64,000 nucleotides of DNA from the human T2T-CHM13v2.0 reference genome, Homo sapiens, in assembly GCF_009914755.1 (NCBI RefSeq), contig NC_060936.1; one strand, 5' to 3'. The position numbers were made by a program, and so were the translations under genes. Positions 1 through 14,242 of this stretch are shown piece by piece; within the stretch, counting starts at the first letter, position 1; each line of letters begins with the position of its first letter. The notes under the pieces are model-generated. The model made no database searches. It saw only the letters and a list, made by a program, of their open reading frames with translations, and was not told where the DNA came from.

Positions 1-1740
1 TTTGCTCAAGCCCAAGGGCTCTACAATCAGCAGATAACAAAGCTAGTTAGGCCTGTGTCCTTCTGTCAGAGCAGTGATGTCCCCCAGTCTCCGTGTGGTT
101 CCAGAAGTGCTGTGCAGGAATCAAGGACTAGAGTCAAAAACCTTAGAAATGTACCTGGTGTCCTGTTGGATTGCAGCTGAGCTGGCACTCACTCCACACA
201 ACAAATCCTTCCTGCTTTTCTCTTCCTTGTCCAAAGACAGAGGAGCCTGACCTCATAGTCACCACCACCCCAAGCCACATGGAGTACCGCTAGACTCCCA
301 TCAATATTCCCTTAAAGCCCAAGATCTCTTAAGTCAGCTTGTGGTGAATGCTGCCTGGCCTGGGACACACCATTCATGTCAGTGGGCTCCCCATTGGCCC
401 AGGGTGGGTCCAGAAAGTGCCATCCAAGAGTCAAGTCCTGGAATCACAAACCACAATAGTCTGCTTGGTGCTCCACTCCACTGTGGCCATGCTGGCACCT
501 AAGGTGCAAGACAAAGTCTCCTTTACTTTTCCTTCCACTTTTCTCAAACAGAAGGTGTCTCTCTCCATAGCCACCACAGCTGGGAATGTCCTGAGTCTCA
601 CCTGAAGCCAGCAAGTCTCAGAGGCTCACCCAAGGTCCTCAGTGTAGTAACTGCCCATCAGTGCTGGTTATTTGGGGCCCAAGGTCTCCTCAGATAGAAG
701 GTGATGAATGCTGCCAGCACTGGGTCCTTTCTTTGAAAGCACTGGGTTGCCTTCTGGCCCAGGGTCTGTCTAGAAATGTCATATGGGAGCTAGGGATTGA
801 AATGAGGGCCTCCTGACTCTGATCATTGCCCTATCTTGCTGTGGCTGAGCTGGTATCCAAGATGCATGATAAAATCCTCCCCACTCTTCTTCTCTCTCCT
901 CTCCTCAAGTGGAAGAAAGGGGTCTCCTTTGGAACATCAAGCTGTGCAGCCTGGGGTTAGGGGAGGGGTGATACAAACATTCCCCTTTGCTGCCCCAGCT
1001 TGCGTCTCAATATGTCATGTGTCCCCCTAATCCAGTGCCTCTGGGCCTAGTTCTGCACTACCCCTAGCCTATGAGGGGCAGTCCTTATGGCCTAGACTGC
1101 CTTTCAAGTTTACTTGGAGACACAGAGCATTGTAGCCCTTGGTGGCGAGGTTTGCGGGCACTCAAGTTAGGTTTGCTGTGATCAGAGACTCCCCTGTGGC
1201 ACTAGGCCTCACCTATGAGTTGCAGTTCTTATGGCCTAGACTGCCATGTAAGTTTATTTGGAGACATGGAGCATTGTAGCCCTTGGTATCGAGGTTTGTG
1301 GGCACTCAGGACTGCTGGGATCGGTGATTCCCCTGTAGCTAGGGCTGGTTTAAATGCTCCCTCCATGGATGGGCATCAGCTGACTTTGGTCTGGTTTTTC
1401 TTCCTGCTCTAACAGGATAGCACTGAGTTCAGTGCCTCACAATTGCTGTGTTCTCCCTCCCGCAGCACCCAGAGATGCTCTCAGCACTGTGCCTCCACTG
1501 CCAGGGTTTGGAGAGCGGTAGGGTCTGTGATTCACGACTGTTTTTTTCTGTCTCTTCAGTGCCTCTTTCAGCAATATGAGGTTAAAACCAGGTTAAAGAG
1601 TTATCATCACCTGATTATTGGTTCTTATGAAGGTGTTTTTTGATACGGAGACAATTGTTAACTTGGTGTCTTGGTGTGGGGTGGGGAAGAGAGAATGATC
1701 CGTGAAGCCTTCTACTCTGCCATTTATCTCCACCTGCTCC
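1..1740 (-). mobile_element. Old antisense L1 (L1M/L1PB-type) 5' region, duplicated with the locus
   Basis: Paralogous to 30503-32075, which is continuous with the antisense L1 ORF1/EN remnant at 26638-30500. Confidence 0.55.
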
Positions 1741-1764
1741 TCACTGTGTGTGTTTCATTTGCTT

Positions 1765-2070
1765 GTTTGTTTTATTTTGTTTTTTTTTTTTTGAGATGGG
1801 GGTCTCACTCTATCACCCAGGTTGGAGTGCAGTTGCACAATCTCAGCTCACTGCAACCTTCGTCTCCCAGGCTCAAGTGATCCACTTACCTCAGCCTCCC
1901 AAGTAGCTGTAACACAGGCATACACCAACACACCCAGCTAATTTTTTGTATTTTTAATAGAGACCGGGTTTCACCATATTGCCCAGGCTGGTCCCTAACT
2001 CCTGAGCTCAGGTAATCAACCCACCTCAGCCTACCAAAGTGCTAGGATTACGGGCATGAGTCACCATGCC
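1765..2070 (-). mobile_element. Alu (old, AluJ-like), antisense
   Basis: Poly-T then gagatgggg...ctaggattac; degenerate TSD cctca(c/t)tg(t/c)gtg. Confidence 0.85.
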
Positions 2071-3322
2071 TCATTGCGTGTTTTAAATTCAGTGGCCCTG
2101 CAACATCTGACCTCAATCTCTGTTTCTACAATAAATACTGATTTGTTAAACAACATGGGGCTTCCTAAAGGCTCCATATCCTAGACCTAGACTTTTATCC
2201 TGAAGAAAGAAAAATGAGAATCCTGGGGAGTTACCTCCCAACTACAATTTGTGTTGAGTCCAGGATTCTACACCCCTTTCCCCTAATGCTTTCTGTGTTG
2301 AGTCCACACTTGCGACATCATCAGAAAACTGAAGACATTGAGGATGAGGACCAGGTCATTCAAGGGAATTTCTCTCCAGTACACAGCAGGGGCTCAACAA
2401 AGGGAGAGAAAATATGAAAGATGAGTCCAGCAGTGACTCTCACTCCCTGTCACTGGAGGGGTGGGTGTGTTGGGATATGGTGGGGGACCTGAGGGATGAC
2501 ACAGGGAAAGTGCAATGACTTTAAAGTGAGGGTCCGTCACTAAGGGACACAGAGAGGGCACGGGTGAGGGGAGGAGGCTTCAGTTGCCCCAGGGAAGGGA
2601 TCTGAGGCCTGCCTGTCAATATGGCTGTTGAGGTCGCCTTGCTGTCTTGTCCTTGGGTCTATTTCTGTGACCACAGGCTACTCCAGAACCCCCTGGAAAG
2701 AAAACAATTGCCCCTCACCTTGGTGGCAACAAGGGCTGGGAGAGGGCAGGGATAGTCCAACTTCTCTCTTCAAATCCATTCTCAGGCCATGCCTCTCATC
2801 CCCTGATATTCAGGAAGGTACCTGCCTCTTCCTGCCACTGCTCCCCAAGGCCACCCAAATCTAGGGAAAGGACATCTTCAGGAGTGAAAGTGTAAAAACT
2901 CTTGACACCCTCTTGTGTAAGTCACTCCATTACTCCCTCCCAGCAGCTTGGGAGTTCCCATCCCCATTTTCCTTTTTCCCCTTTCTTTGCCTCTAAGATC
3001 AGACTTCCCCATTGGGATCTTGTTCTCCTTCTAGCAGAAAATTCAATATTAGGAGGAGATCTATTCCTGTTCACTCTTTTCTGCCTTTGACTTCTAGTCC
3101 TAGGGAGGCTGACAGTGACCTGACTTTCTGGATGGAGTGACTCTGGGTGCTGAGCAAAGGTGGGAACCCAGACTCAGAGAGGGATTGCAATCTCATGTGT
3201 CTGGAATCCAAGTGGAGCTTCACAAGAACATTCAAATCACTGCACATGGGTGAAACTATCAACTTTTTCAACATCAAAAGAGTCAAAGGAAGTCCATGCT
3301 TTCAAGACAAATCAAAAACTGA

Positions 3323-3328
3323 TTTATT
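3323..3328 (-). terminator. RDH16: Probable RDH16 polyadenylation signal (AATAAA)
   Basis: tttatt on the plus strand, ~570 nt downstream of the stop codon. Confidence 0.7.
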
Positions 3329-3897
3329 TGTCCTCTGCACAGATCCTTACTTAGGACACCACCTCCCAGCCACTGCTTCTGGGATGACTCCTGAGGCCTA
3401 TGGGGCCGCATAATGGTTCCAGTCCCAACACCACGTGTACAGGGATCTTCAGAGGAGGGGTGCCCTCACATCCTCCAGGCCATTTCCACCCCGTGGGAGG
3501 GTGTAGACTGGCCCAGAATTAACACACAGCCTGATAAGGAAGCAGGAGGTAATGGCATGGGCTGAGGCTCCTTCCACCTGCTCACACCCACCCCAGTTGT
3601 TAGCCCAAGGATGGCCCTAGAGGCTTGGACCCTTGAGTGGCCACCCACGGTGACAATGCACCCAGGAGCACTATTTGGTCCCTGTTTCTCAGCTGCGTAA
3701 CTTGAAACTTTCCTACCAACATCTCCAGAGAGCAGAATTATCTCCCAGGAGAATCATGGCCAGGAGGTAATGAAGGAGGTGGGATTGGTGCCCTACTGAC
3801 CGGACGGCTCCCTCCCTCCACTTTATATCTCTCCCAAGGATACACCACCCCTCATAGCACACCCCAAATCCATGCAACCATGCATCCAACCTTAGCT

Positions 3898-4115
3898 TCA
3901 TAGAGCCTTGGCCGGGCTTGGAGAGACCCAGTACATAATGGCATCCACCAGGAAGGTGGGCATGTAGCTCATGGGGAGGTAGAGAAGCTTGGCATCCCAG
4001 CCAGCTGAGTAGCGAGTACGGGGGTGGCAGGCAATCAGCGCATGCTCCATGCAGTTGGTCACCAACGACAGATCCTGTGTGCACTTCTGCTCCATTTGTT
4101 CAGCTGATTTCTTAT
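3898..4115 (-). CDS. RDH16: RDH16 coding exon 4 (to stop)
   Basis: CAG acceptor at 4118-4116; ...HPRTRYSAGWDAK...SPSPAKAL then TGA at 3900-3898. The four exons total 954 nt = 317 aa plus stop. Confidence 0.96.
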
Positions 4116-4695
4116 CTGTTAAGAATCAGAAACAATCCATGTATATTTCCACCTCTAACCGCTCCTGCTTTGGATTCAACTTAGAGTGGAAAGGGTCTAA
4201 GAACTCATGCCACCCCACAACCCCCAGTCAAGCAATGCCTCAAATCTCTTTTATCCAAATTCCCTGAGCTGGAGCCCATCCATGTGAAAGTAGCAAGTGT
4301 CTCACACTAAGTCATGTCTGTCTCTCTTTGGGAATATCTGGACTGCATAAATGATGGTCTCCACCCACAGTAGAAGTCTCAGCACATAAAAACAAGCTGT
4401 CTCTAATGCCAGCTTGTGATCAGCCACCAATGTCTTCCCTTTCTGGCTTCCCTTTGTTCCTCAGTAACGATGGGTTCAGATAGACACTGGTCCCAAGTTC
4501 TGAGAAGCCTGGACACTTGCTTTTCATGACCAGTTGACCACACAGCACCCATCATGGAAATGGGGCTAAAGGTCTCCACTCTGTGGGGAAGGGAGAGCCT
4601 GGGGATCAAACTCTAATGCCCTTCAGACACCAATGGTAGACCAAGGATTCCACACGAGGGTTTGCTTCTCTCCCCACTGTCCACAGCTTACTCAC

Positions 4696-4859
4696 AGTCT
4701 GCAACAAACTTCTCGCCATAGGCCTCCTTGACCTCTGGACTGGACCGGTCCCAAATCTCCAGGAAGCTCTTTAAGAATCTCTCCTTACTGGTCACAGCAG
4801 TCTTGAAATAGCCAGGTTCAATCATAGCCACCTTCACCCCAAAGTAGGAGAGTTCCCTC
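4696..4859 (-). CDS. RDH16: RDH16 coding exon 3
   Basis: CAG acceptor at 4862-4860, GTGAG donor. Encodes RRELSYFGVKVAMIEPGYFKT...EKFVAD. 164 nt. Confidence 0.96.
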
Positions 4860-6774
4860 CTGCAAGACAGAGAAGCAGAGGGGAAAAACTTCGGGGGTCT
4901 TGGAAGGTAAAACACAAACAATAAAAGTAAAACTATGATATCACAACATATGAGGACAATGGGTAAAATAGAAAGCTTGGAATATTTAATTTCCAGCAAT
5001 CAAGGGGTCATAATTATCATGGTGGCATTCCCTCTGTATGGAGTTTCCATATTTTACACACCTGAGCTTACTAGCCCTAAATCCTACCAATTCCAAAGCA
5101 AGGCAGCACCTTAGTGCTGTCTCCTCCTATGTCCCTCACATCCAGTGGATCACCAGAATTCCCACATTTTGCCTCCTCTCCAGTCCTCAGTCCCCTCCCT
5201 CGTTTTCCTGCCCCAGGAATCTCCCTGGCCTCTGAGCTGGGTGATGGCAGCTGTCCTCTAAGAAGCATCTGTCTTCAGTCTGGCTCCCCACACTTACAAC
5301 CACTGGGCTTCCTGCAGTCAGTGGGAGTCTAGAAGCTGACTGGACCAAGGAGCTCCCCTGAGCAAATCCCTTTTCTGGAGGGGGTTCCACTGCCAACAGC
5401 ATAAGCCACAACTCCTGTCCAGGGCCCACAGGCCCTCAAGGAGCCCACCTATGACCACCTGCCCAGCATCCCCCACCAGGCTTGGCCTTGACCTTCACCA
5501 CAAGAGGATTCTGCAGTACATGCAGGTGGCTAATGCTCACTCTGGGCCTGGGCTGATGGCATTCCTTCATCTAGGAGCCTTTCCCAGTCTTCCTTACCAG
5601 GCTGCCAGGTGGAGTTCTCAATCCCCAGCTTGAGTTTTCAATCCCCAGCTCAGATGGAATCTCCAGGACTCTCCTCAACTCAGGTGGGTACCATGGCCAG
5701 CAAGGTTGACTTGGTCACCAACCTTATAAGCATTGGCACTTGATTCTATATCTCTTGTCCCTCTCCCAGGTATCAAGTTTTAAGTCACAGACAAAACCTT
5801 GTTGTTAAGGATGGATTTTTGGCCACTTGGACAAGGGCCTAAAGTGTCTGTTGTGTGGACTCAGATGCTCTACCCATCGTCAAAGGGGCTCTGGATATGA
5901 ATTCTGCTGGGAAAGACCATCTCCTGCATGCTGTCTTTGGGCCCCAGAGAGCCATGAAGGAATGGCCTCAGGGCTTGAAGCATTTCTCTCCCTAGAGAGG
6001 AAGAGCCCCAGAGCCAGGCACCCATCTCCTGGTGTGGAAATATCTTTCCCTGTTTCTGACTCAGTGAGTGCTCTTGCGTCTGCATGAGCTTGTGTGTGTC
6101 CGCGGCCCTAAGGCATGCCCCAGGTTTACAAGTATTTCAGATTCCTGGGAGGAGGGGTTGGGGTCCTTCTACTACAGCAAGAGAGGGGTGTTAGCAAGCC
6201 ACATGCCCAGTGTCAGCTGCTGGGAGAGCCTCCCTGGCTAGGGGACCAACACACACTGCTGTAGCTGATCTTTCTCTGCTCCTTCTCTAGGGTGCAAAGC
6301 ATTCTTCCATCCAGCACTGACTGCCTGGTCTGCCTTTGTGGCTCCAATACCAAGGTGCAATGGGAAGAAGTGTTTAGGGTCCTTCCCTGGGATTAGTCAT
6401 TGATACACAGTGTTCCCCTGTCCTGGGCTTGGTAACCTCAGTACTGTGTTCCTCTTGGTAGGATCTGAAGCCAAAGATCCAGGTCCAATTCTGCCTCTGG
6501 CAGTTTCTGACCAAGAGATCCATCCAGGGAAGAGGTATCGTTCAAGAAACTCTCTGACCTGGGGCCCCTCCTGTCGCCCAGCACTCAGGAAGGTGCTTCC
6601 CAGTGAATGGCCAGCCCAATCCAGAAAGAGGAAGATGAGGGTGTCACACATGAAGACAGAGAGTGATCTCATGAAAGGAACTTACAGGCTGGGATTCAAG
6701 GAACTCCCTGGAAAAGACTTCCCCACAAGGACAGGAGCAGGAAGACTAGGGTGGGCCCCATCCCAGACCCATAC

Positions 6775-7033
6775 CTGAGGGAGTCAGAGAAGGCTTCCAC
6801 GCCATACTTGGAGATGCAGTAGCCTCCACCAAAAAGTGACACCCGGCCCATGACACTGGAGACGTTGACCACACGGCCCCTGGCCCTCCTCACTAAGGGC
6901 AGCAGGCTCAGAGTCACATCAATCACCCCCAACAAGTTCACGTCCAGTATGGTCACGAAGTCCTGCTTGGTGAGCAACTCATTGGGAGCCGTGGGCAAGG
7001 AGATGCCAGCATTATTCACCAGGCCCCAGAGTC
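6775..7033 (-). CDS. RDH16: RDH16 coding exon 2
   Basis: CAG acceptor at 7036-7034, GT donor at 6774-6773. Encodes [10 protein letters not shown]...NVSS...YCISK (NNAG and catalytic YxxxK). 259 nt, in phase with exon 1. Confidence 0.97.
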
Positions 7034-9018
7034 CTGGGACAGTGGGAAGATGAGAGAGCATCACTGTGTTGTGCCTGTGCAGGTGGACAGAGTTAGGGTG
7101 CAAATCACATCCCAATAAAGTGAGGGCAGACTGACAGGTGTGGGATGGGGAGGAGGGTATAACAAACACCACAGTATCACAGGGGTGGGGGCTGAGCATT
7201 CAGCAGCTGGTGGGCCACAAAACCCAGGTCTTTCTCCATTTACTCTTCATGGACCAGCCTACTGCCTGAAAGACAATAAGCTATTACCCCTATTTAAGGA
7301 CTGCATGAAATCATGTTAAAGAACTATTGTCCATGCATTAGTCTGGAAACATGAAGACCAATGTTTGGTTAGTTAAACATGAATGTTGCAGACATTACAG
7401 ACATACAGCTGCATTTTCAGGTGTGCTAACACCTTATATAGTGATTGTCCAGCAACTATCTGTTGATGGAATAAGAGACAAGAAAGAGGGAGAGTGAGGG
7501 AGACAGGAAAGAGAGAAAGAGACAGACCTGAAATCCTAGGCTTGGGGGAACTTGGGAAACATCCTGTTTCCCAAGTGTTTGAACTCAGGGCACTGGTCTT
7601 GAAACATCCTGCATCAGTAACATTTTTATAGAAAGCACAGGGGAATTCCAATGCACAGGCTTTGGGAAGAAAGCAAGGTTGCGTCACCCCACTCAGTACA
7701 CAGACTCCACCCTCTGCCCCAGAAAATGTCACCCTCTCCTCCTACTGCATCAGAAGCCCACTCTTCATCCTTCCCTTTAGTCCCAAGTTCACCCAGCTCT
7801 GGGAAAATCTCTCTGGAAGATGCAAATACACAATCCCCAGGACTTCAAGTCAATAGAGTTTTCAACCCACAGAGCTAGGGGGCAGGAGCACAGGGTCCCT
7901 TGAGTCCAGGCAGGGGGTGGCAGTTGTTGATCTGGAAGGGTTGGCCCAGGCATATGAACCTGTCCCCTGCTCAATAACAGGCCCTGCCCTGATGCAAATG
8001 CAGATTCCTCCACCCAGACATCTCATTTTTAAGAATCCAATCAATACTCACACTTACAGAGACGTTGGCAAATAAAAGTCCACCAAGATGACATTTATGA
8101 TGAATAAAAAGCAGGAAGGAATTTCATATCCAACCACTCAGTATGGATTACATAGGTAAGGCTATTGGAAGGATACAGTATTCTAAATAATTAAATATAA
8201 TTTTATAAAAACAGTCATTATGGTGGAAAAGTGTTCATCTTCTCCAGAGAATTTAAGGTGACTGAAACTAAGAACAAAATATAAAATCCTAATTTTGTAT
8301 AATTGTAAAAAGGACTTATGTGTGGATGACAATTTCAGGGAAACTTGTTTTCATCTTTATTCTTTTCAGTGTTTTCCACAAAGATCATATTCTGATTTAT
8401 TGTTACATAAAATAAATCCATGTTTCTTTCTTCCTCTATAATAAGACAGATGAATTAGTGTAGTGAAAAGAAGAAAGAAAGAAAAAGTAACCCCTTACTA
8501 GTTCTGCCTTCCTTAAGCAGTCCTTAAGCTGATACTCTCCTCTGAAGATGGAGATGATCGTAGCTCTCAGTGGACGCTGATGGGCCCTAGCAAAAACAAG
8601 GTAAAGTGCTGGGAACATAAGCCTGGCTCCAGCACAGGCACAGCCTCCGTGCACACTTGCAGCCCTGTGCTCCCTTCTCAACGATGCTCCAGCAAGTCTC
8701 CAGATCTCTAACCCAGGCTCTTAGCATCAAACAACACATGACTTCTGCTTAGACAGGAGGGAGAGGATAGAGAGGAATTCTGGAGAGAAAATCTCATCAG
8801 GGCAAACTCTCCCCAAGACTAGACACCTCCAATGTCGGGAGAGGTTAAGGATTGAAAAGAGATGGGGTTCAGGCAGCCTGTTAAGTGAGAAATATTAGAA
8901 AGCTACTGTTACTTCAACCTGGAAAGACACTGTAGGAATCTTCCCAGGGAGCAGACAGGAGGTGGTCCCTTCACACAGAGGGAAGACACAGACAGACTTG
9001 ACAAACCTGGGTGGTTAC

Positions 9019-9331
9019 CTTTGTCTCTCACGCACTCCTTCACCCACTGGGCGGCTGCAGCAACGCTCTCTGTCTTGGTAACATCCAGGGTCACCGTCTC
9101 CAGCCTGTCTGAAGTCTGGCCCCTCAGCTGCTCGGCTCCTTTCTCCGTCAGACATGCAGCCAGCACCCGCAAGCCTCGTGCATCCAGCTGTCTGGCCAGC
9201 AGTTTCCCGAAGCCAGAGTCACAGCCCGTGATGAACACATACTTATCTCTCAGGTGGCTCAGCACCTGCCTCTCCCGGTACCAGTGCAGAAGGTAGTACA
9301 GGCCCACGAAAACCGCCAGGTAGAGCCACAT
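9019..9331 (-). CDS. RDH16: Retinol dehydrogenase 16 (SDR9C family), coding exon 1
   Basis: ATG at 9331 gives MWLYLAVFVGLYYLLHWYRERQ...VFITGCDSGFG (TGxxxGxG Rossmann motif). GT donor at 9018-9017. 313 nt. Confidence 0.97.
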
Positions 9332-9496
9332 GGCTTTGCAGAGGACAGACACAGACAGGCTGTGGGGGAAACCAGAGTCTGGCCTCTGTTCAGACAGGAG
9401 GATTTAAGAACACAGAGGGCTGTGGTAGGCAGGGAAGCCCTCAGGCATTTTGGCAGGGAATCCTCACTTTCCTCCCTGATGACTGCCTTTCTGCAA

Positions 9497-9534
9497 CATA
9501 TTTATTCTGGCCCCACCTCTCTGCTCTTTGAACT
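9497..9534 (-). promoter_or_regulatory. RDH16: RDH16 proximal promoter candidates: TATA-like AATAAATAT and DR1/HNF4-like AGTTCAAAGAGCA
   Basis: Motifs at ~9498-9506 and 9522-9534, just upstream of the 5'UTR. Motif match only. Confidence 0.45.
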
Positions 9535-12500
9535 GCTTTTGCAGTACTCATGCACACCTTTGCACACCTCAAGTCCTGCCCAGTAGGAAGATACTATCTT
9601 CCTACTGGGCAATGTGCCCCTAGTCTCCTGATTTCTCTCTGCCTTGCTATGCCCACTACATGCATGCTGTGTCCATGAAGGAGCACACACATATATTCAC
9701 ACAGGAACATACACAGAACTCACACAGGCTTACACACAGCTGCCCACACACACTCTCCATGGCAAACACACCCCTCTGCTCTAAGTACAGGGGTCAAAAC
9801 TGTCTCTACAAAGCTCCGATACCAACACTCCTGGTCCATGACCTTCTGAACATAGAAAGGCCTTATTGGGTAGCTACCCATGGTTTCCAGGCACATTAGG
9901 TGGAAATCCCTCTCTGAGCCTGAGTTTCCTCATCCTGCTCCGCACCCCAGAATCAATCACTCCTCTGAAAACTAGGGCACGGTCAGGCTGTCTAGGATGA
10001 GAAGGAGAAGGCAAAGAGTGAGCAGGAACAGGTTCCCTCCTGCTATAATAGTTTTTTGGGGCAGAAGGATTGCAGGATCCCACAGGGAGAATCCAACCTC
10101 AGAGGTAAAGAAAGCAGGGAGAGGATGGGCAAATAGGAACAGCTCCGGTCTGCAGCTCCCAGTGTGACTGATGCAGAAAATGGGTGATTTCTGCATTTCC
10201 AGCTGAGGTACCTGGTTCATCTCACTGGGACTGGTTGGACAGTGCGTGCAGCCCACAGAGGGTGAGCCGAAGCAAGGCAGGGCATTGCCTTACCCAGGAA
10301 GTGTAAGAGGTCAGGGGATTTCCCTTTCCTAGACAAGGGAAGCCGTGACAGACTGTACCTGGAAAAACAAGACACTCCTGCTCAAATACTGCACTTTTCC
10401 AATGGTCTTAGCAAATGGCACACCAGGAGATTATATCCTGTGCCTGGTTTGGTGGGTCCCATTCCCACAGAGCTTTGCTCACTGCTAGTGCAGTAGTCTG
10501 AGATCAACCTGCAAGGCAGCAGCCTGGCAGGAGGAGGGTTGCTCACCATTGCTGAGGCTTGAGTAGGAAAGCAAAGCAGCTGGGCAGCTCAAACTGGGCG
10601 AAGCCCACTGCAGCAAGGCAAGGCTTTCTGCCTCTATAGACTCCACCTCTGGGAGCAGTGCATAACTGAACAAAAGGCAGCAGAAACCTCTGCAGACTTA
10701 AACATCCCTGTCTGACAGCACTGAAGAGAGCAGTGGTTCTCCCAGCATGGTGTTTGAGCTCTTAGAACAGACAGACTGCCTTCTCAAATGGGTCCCTGAA
10801 CCCTGTGTAGACTAACTGGGAGACACCTCCCAGTAGGGGCCGACTGACATCTCATACAGGTGGGTGCCCCTCTGGGACGAAGTTTCCAGAGGAAGGATCA
10901 GGCAACAATATTTGCTGTTCTGCAATATTTGCTGTTCTGCAGCCTCTGCTGGTGATACCCAGGCAAACAGGGACTGGAGTGGACCTCCAGCAAACTCCAA
11001 CAGACCTGCAGCTGAGGAAACTGTTTGAAGGAAAACTAACAAACAGAAAGAAATAGCTCAAAATCAACAAAAAGGACATCCACACCAAAACCCCATCTGT
11101 AGGTCGCCAACATCAAACACCAAAGGTAGATAAAACCACAAAGATGGGGAGATACCAGAGCAGAAAATCTGAAAATTCAAAAAACCAGAGTGCCTCTTCT
11201 CCTCCAAAGGATCACAGCTCCTTGCCAGCAACAGAAAAAAGCTGGATGAAGAATGACTTTGATGAGTTGACAGAAGTAGGCTTCAGAAGGTCAGAGTAAC
11301 AAAATTCTCTGAGCTAAAGGAGGATGTTGGAACCCATCACAAGGAAGCTAACAGTCTTGAAAAAAAGATTAGATGAATGGCTAACTAGAATAAACAGTGT
11401 AGATAAGTCCTTAAATGACCTGATGGAGCCGAAAACCATGGCATGAGAACTACAGGATGCATGCATAAGCTTCAATAGCCAATTTGCTCAAGTGGAAGAA
11501 AGAATATCAGTGATTGGAGATCAAATTAATGAAATAAAGTGAGAAGAGAAGTTTGGAGAAAAAAGAGAAAAAGAAGTGAACAAAGCCTCCAAGAAATATG
11601 GAACTATGTGAAAAAACCAAACCTACGTTTGACTGCTGTACCTGAAAGTGACGGGCAGAATGAAACCAAGTTGGAAAATACTCTTCAGGTTATTATCCAG
11701 GAGAACTTCCCCAATCTAGCAAGGCAGGCCAACATTCAAATTTGGGAAATACAGAGAACACCACAAAGATACTCTTCAAGAAGAGGAACCCTAAGACATA
11801 TAATTGTCATATTCACGAAGGTTGAAATGAAGGAAAAAATGTTAAGGGCAGCCAGAGAGAAAGGTCAGGTTACCTACAAAGGGAAGCCCATCAAACTAAC
11901 AGTGGATCTCTCAGCAGAAACTCTACAAGCCAGAAGAGAGTGGGGGCCAATGTTCAACATTCTTAGAGAAAAGAATTTTCAACTCAGAATTTCATATCCA
12001 GCCAAACTAAGCTTCATAAGTGAAGGAGAAATAAAATTCTTTACAGACAAACTAATGCTGAGAGATTTTGTCACCGCCAGGCCTGCCTTACAAGAGCTCC
12101 TGAAGGAAGCACTAAACATGGAAAGAAACAACCAGTACCAGCCACTGCAAAAACATGCCAAATTGTAAAGACCATTGATGCTAGGAAGAAACTGCATCAA
12201 CTAACGAGCAAAATAACCAGCTAACATCATAATGACAGGATCAAATTCACACATAACAATATTAACCTTAAATGTAAAAGGGCTAAATGCCCCAATTAAA
12301 AGACACAGACTGGCAAATTAGATAAAGAATCAAGACCCATCAGTGTGCTGTATTCAGGAAACCCATCTCACATGCAGAGACACACATAGGCTCAAAATAA
12401 AGGGATGGAGGAAGATCCACCAAGCAAATAGAAAGCAAAAAAAGAAAAAAAAAGCAGGGATTGCAATCCTACTCTCTGATAACACAGATTTTAAACCACC

Positions 12501-13727
12501 AAAGATCAAAAGAGACAAAGAAGGCCATTACATAACAGTAAAGGGATCAATTCAACAAGAAGAGCTAACTATCCTAAATATATATGTACCCAATACAGGA
12601 GCACCCAGATTCATAAAGCAAGTCCTTAGAAACCTACAAAGAGACTTAGACTCCCCAATAATAATGGGAGATTTTAACACTCCACTGTCAATATTAGACA
12701 GATCAATGAGACAGAAGGTTAAAAAGGATATCCAGGACTTGAACTCAGCTCTGCACCAAGCGGACCTAATAGACATCTACAGAACTCTCCACCCCAAATC
12801 AACAGAATATACATTCTTCTCAGCACCACATCACACTTATTCCAAAATTGACCACATAGTTGGAAGTAAAGCACTCCTCACCAAATGTAAAAGAACAGAA
12901 ATCACAACAAACTGTCTCTCAGACCACACTGCAATCAAATTAGAACTCAGGACTAAGAAACTCACTCAAAACCACACAACGACATGGAAACTAAACAACC
13001 TGCTTCTGAATCACTACTGGGTACATAACGAAATGAAGGCAGAAATAAAGATGTTCTTTGAAACCAATGAGAACAAAGACACAATGTACCAGAATCTCTG
13101 GGACACATTTACAGCAGTGTGTAGAAGGAAATTTATAGCACTAAATGCCCACAAGAGAAAGCAGGAAAGACAAGAAATCGACACCCTAACATCACAATGA
13201 AAAGAACTAGAGAAGCGAGAACAAACAAATTCAAAAGCTAACAGAAGGCAAGAAATAACTAAGAGCAGAACTGAAGGAGATAGAGACACAGAAAACCCTT
13301 CAAAAAATCAATGAATCCAGGAGCTGGTTTTTTGAAAAGGTCAAAAAAAATGGATAGACCACTAGCAAGACTAATAAAGAAGAAAAGAGAGAAGAATCAA
13401 ATAGACACAATAAAAAATGATAAAGGGGATTTCACCACTGATCCCACAGAAATACAAACTACCATCAGAGAATACTATAAATACCTCTATACAAATAAAC
13501 CAGAAAATCTAGAAGAAATGGATAAATTCCTGGACACATACACCCTCCCAAGACTAAACCAGAAAGAAGTGGAATCTCTGAATAGACCAATAACAGGCTC
13601 TGAAATTGAGGCAATAATTAATAGCCTATCAACCAAAAAAAGTCCTGGACCAGATGGATTCACAGCCCAATTCTACTAGAGGTACAAAGAGGAGCTGGTA
13701 CCATCCCTTCTGAAATTATTCCAATGA

Positions 13728-14242
<515 letters not shown>

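Larger units (their letters stand above)
1..10114. repeat. Tandem segmental duplication, copy A (RDH16 unit; runs off the left edge)
   Basis: Colinear similarity with 30503-38940 across flank, shared Alu, exons, introns and promoter. Confidence 0.9.

Noticed and set aside
5885-6400. Copy-A-specific intronic segment that looks like an old ERVL-type LTR
   Set aside because: Family and boundaries cannot be assigned by eye; needs RepeatMasker.
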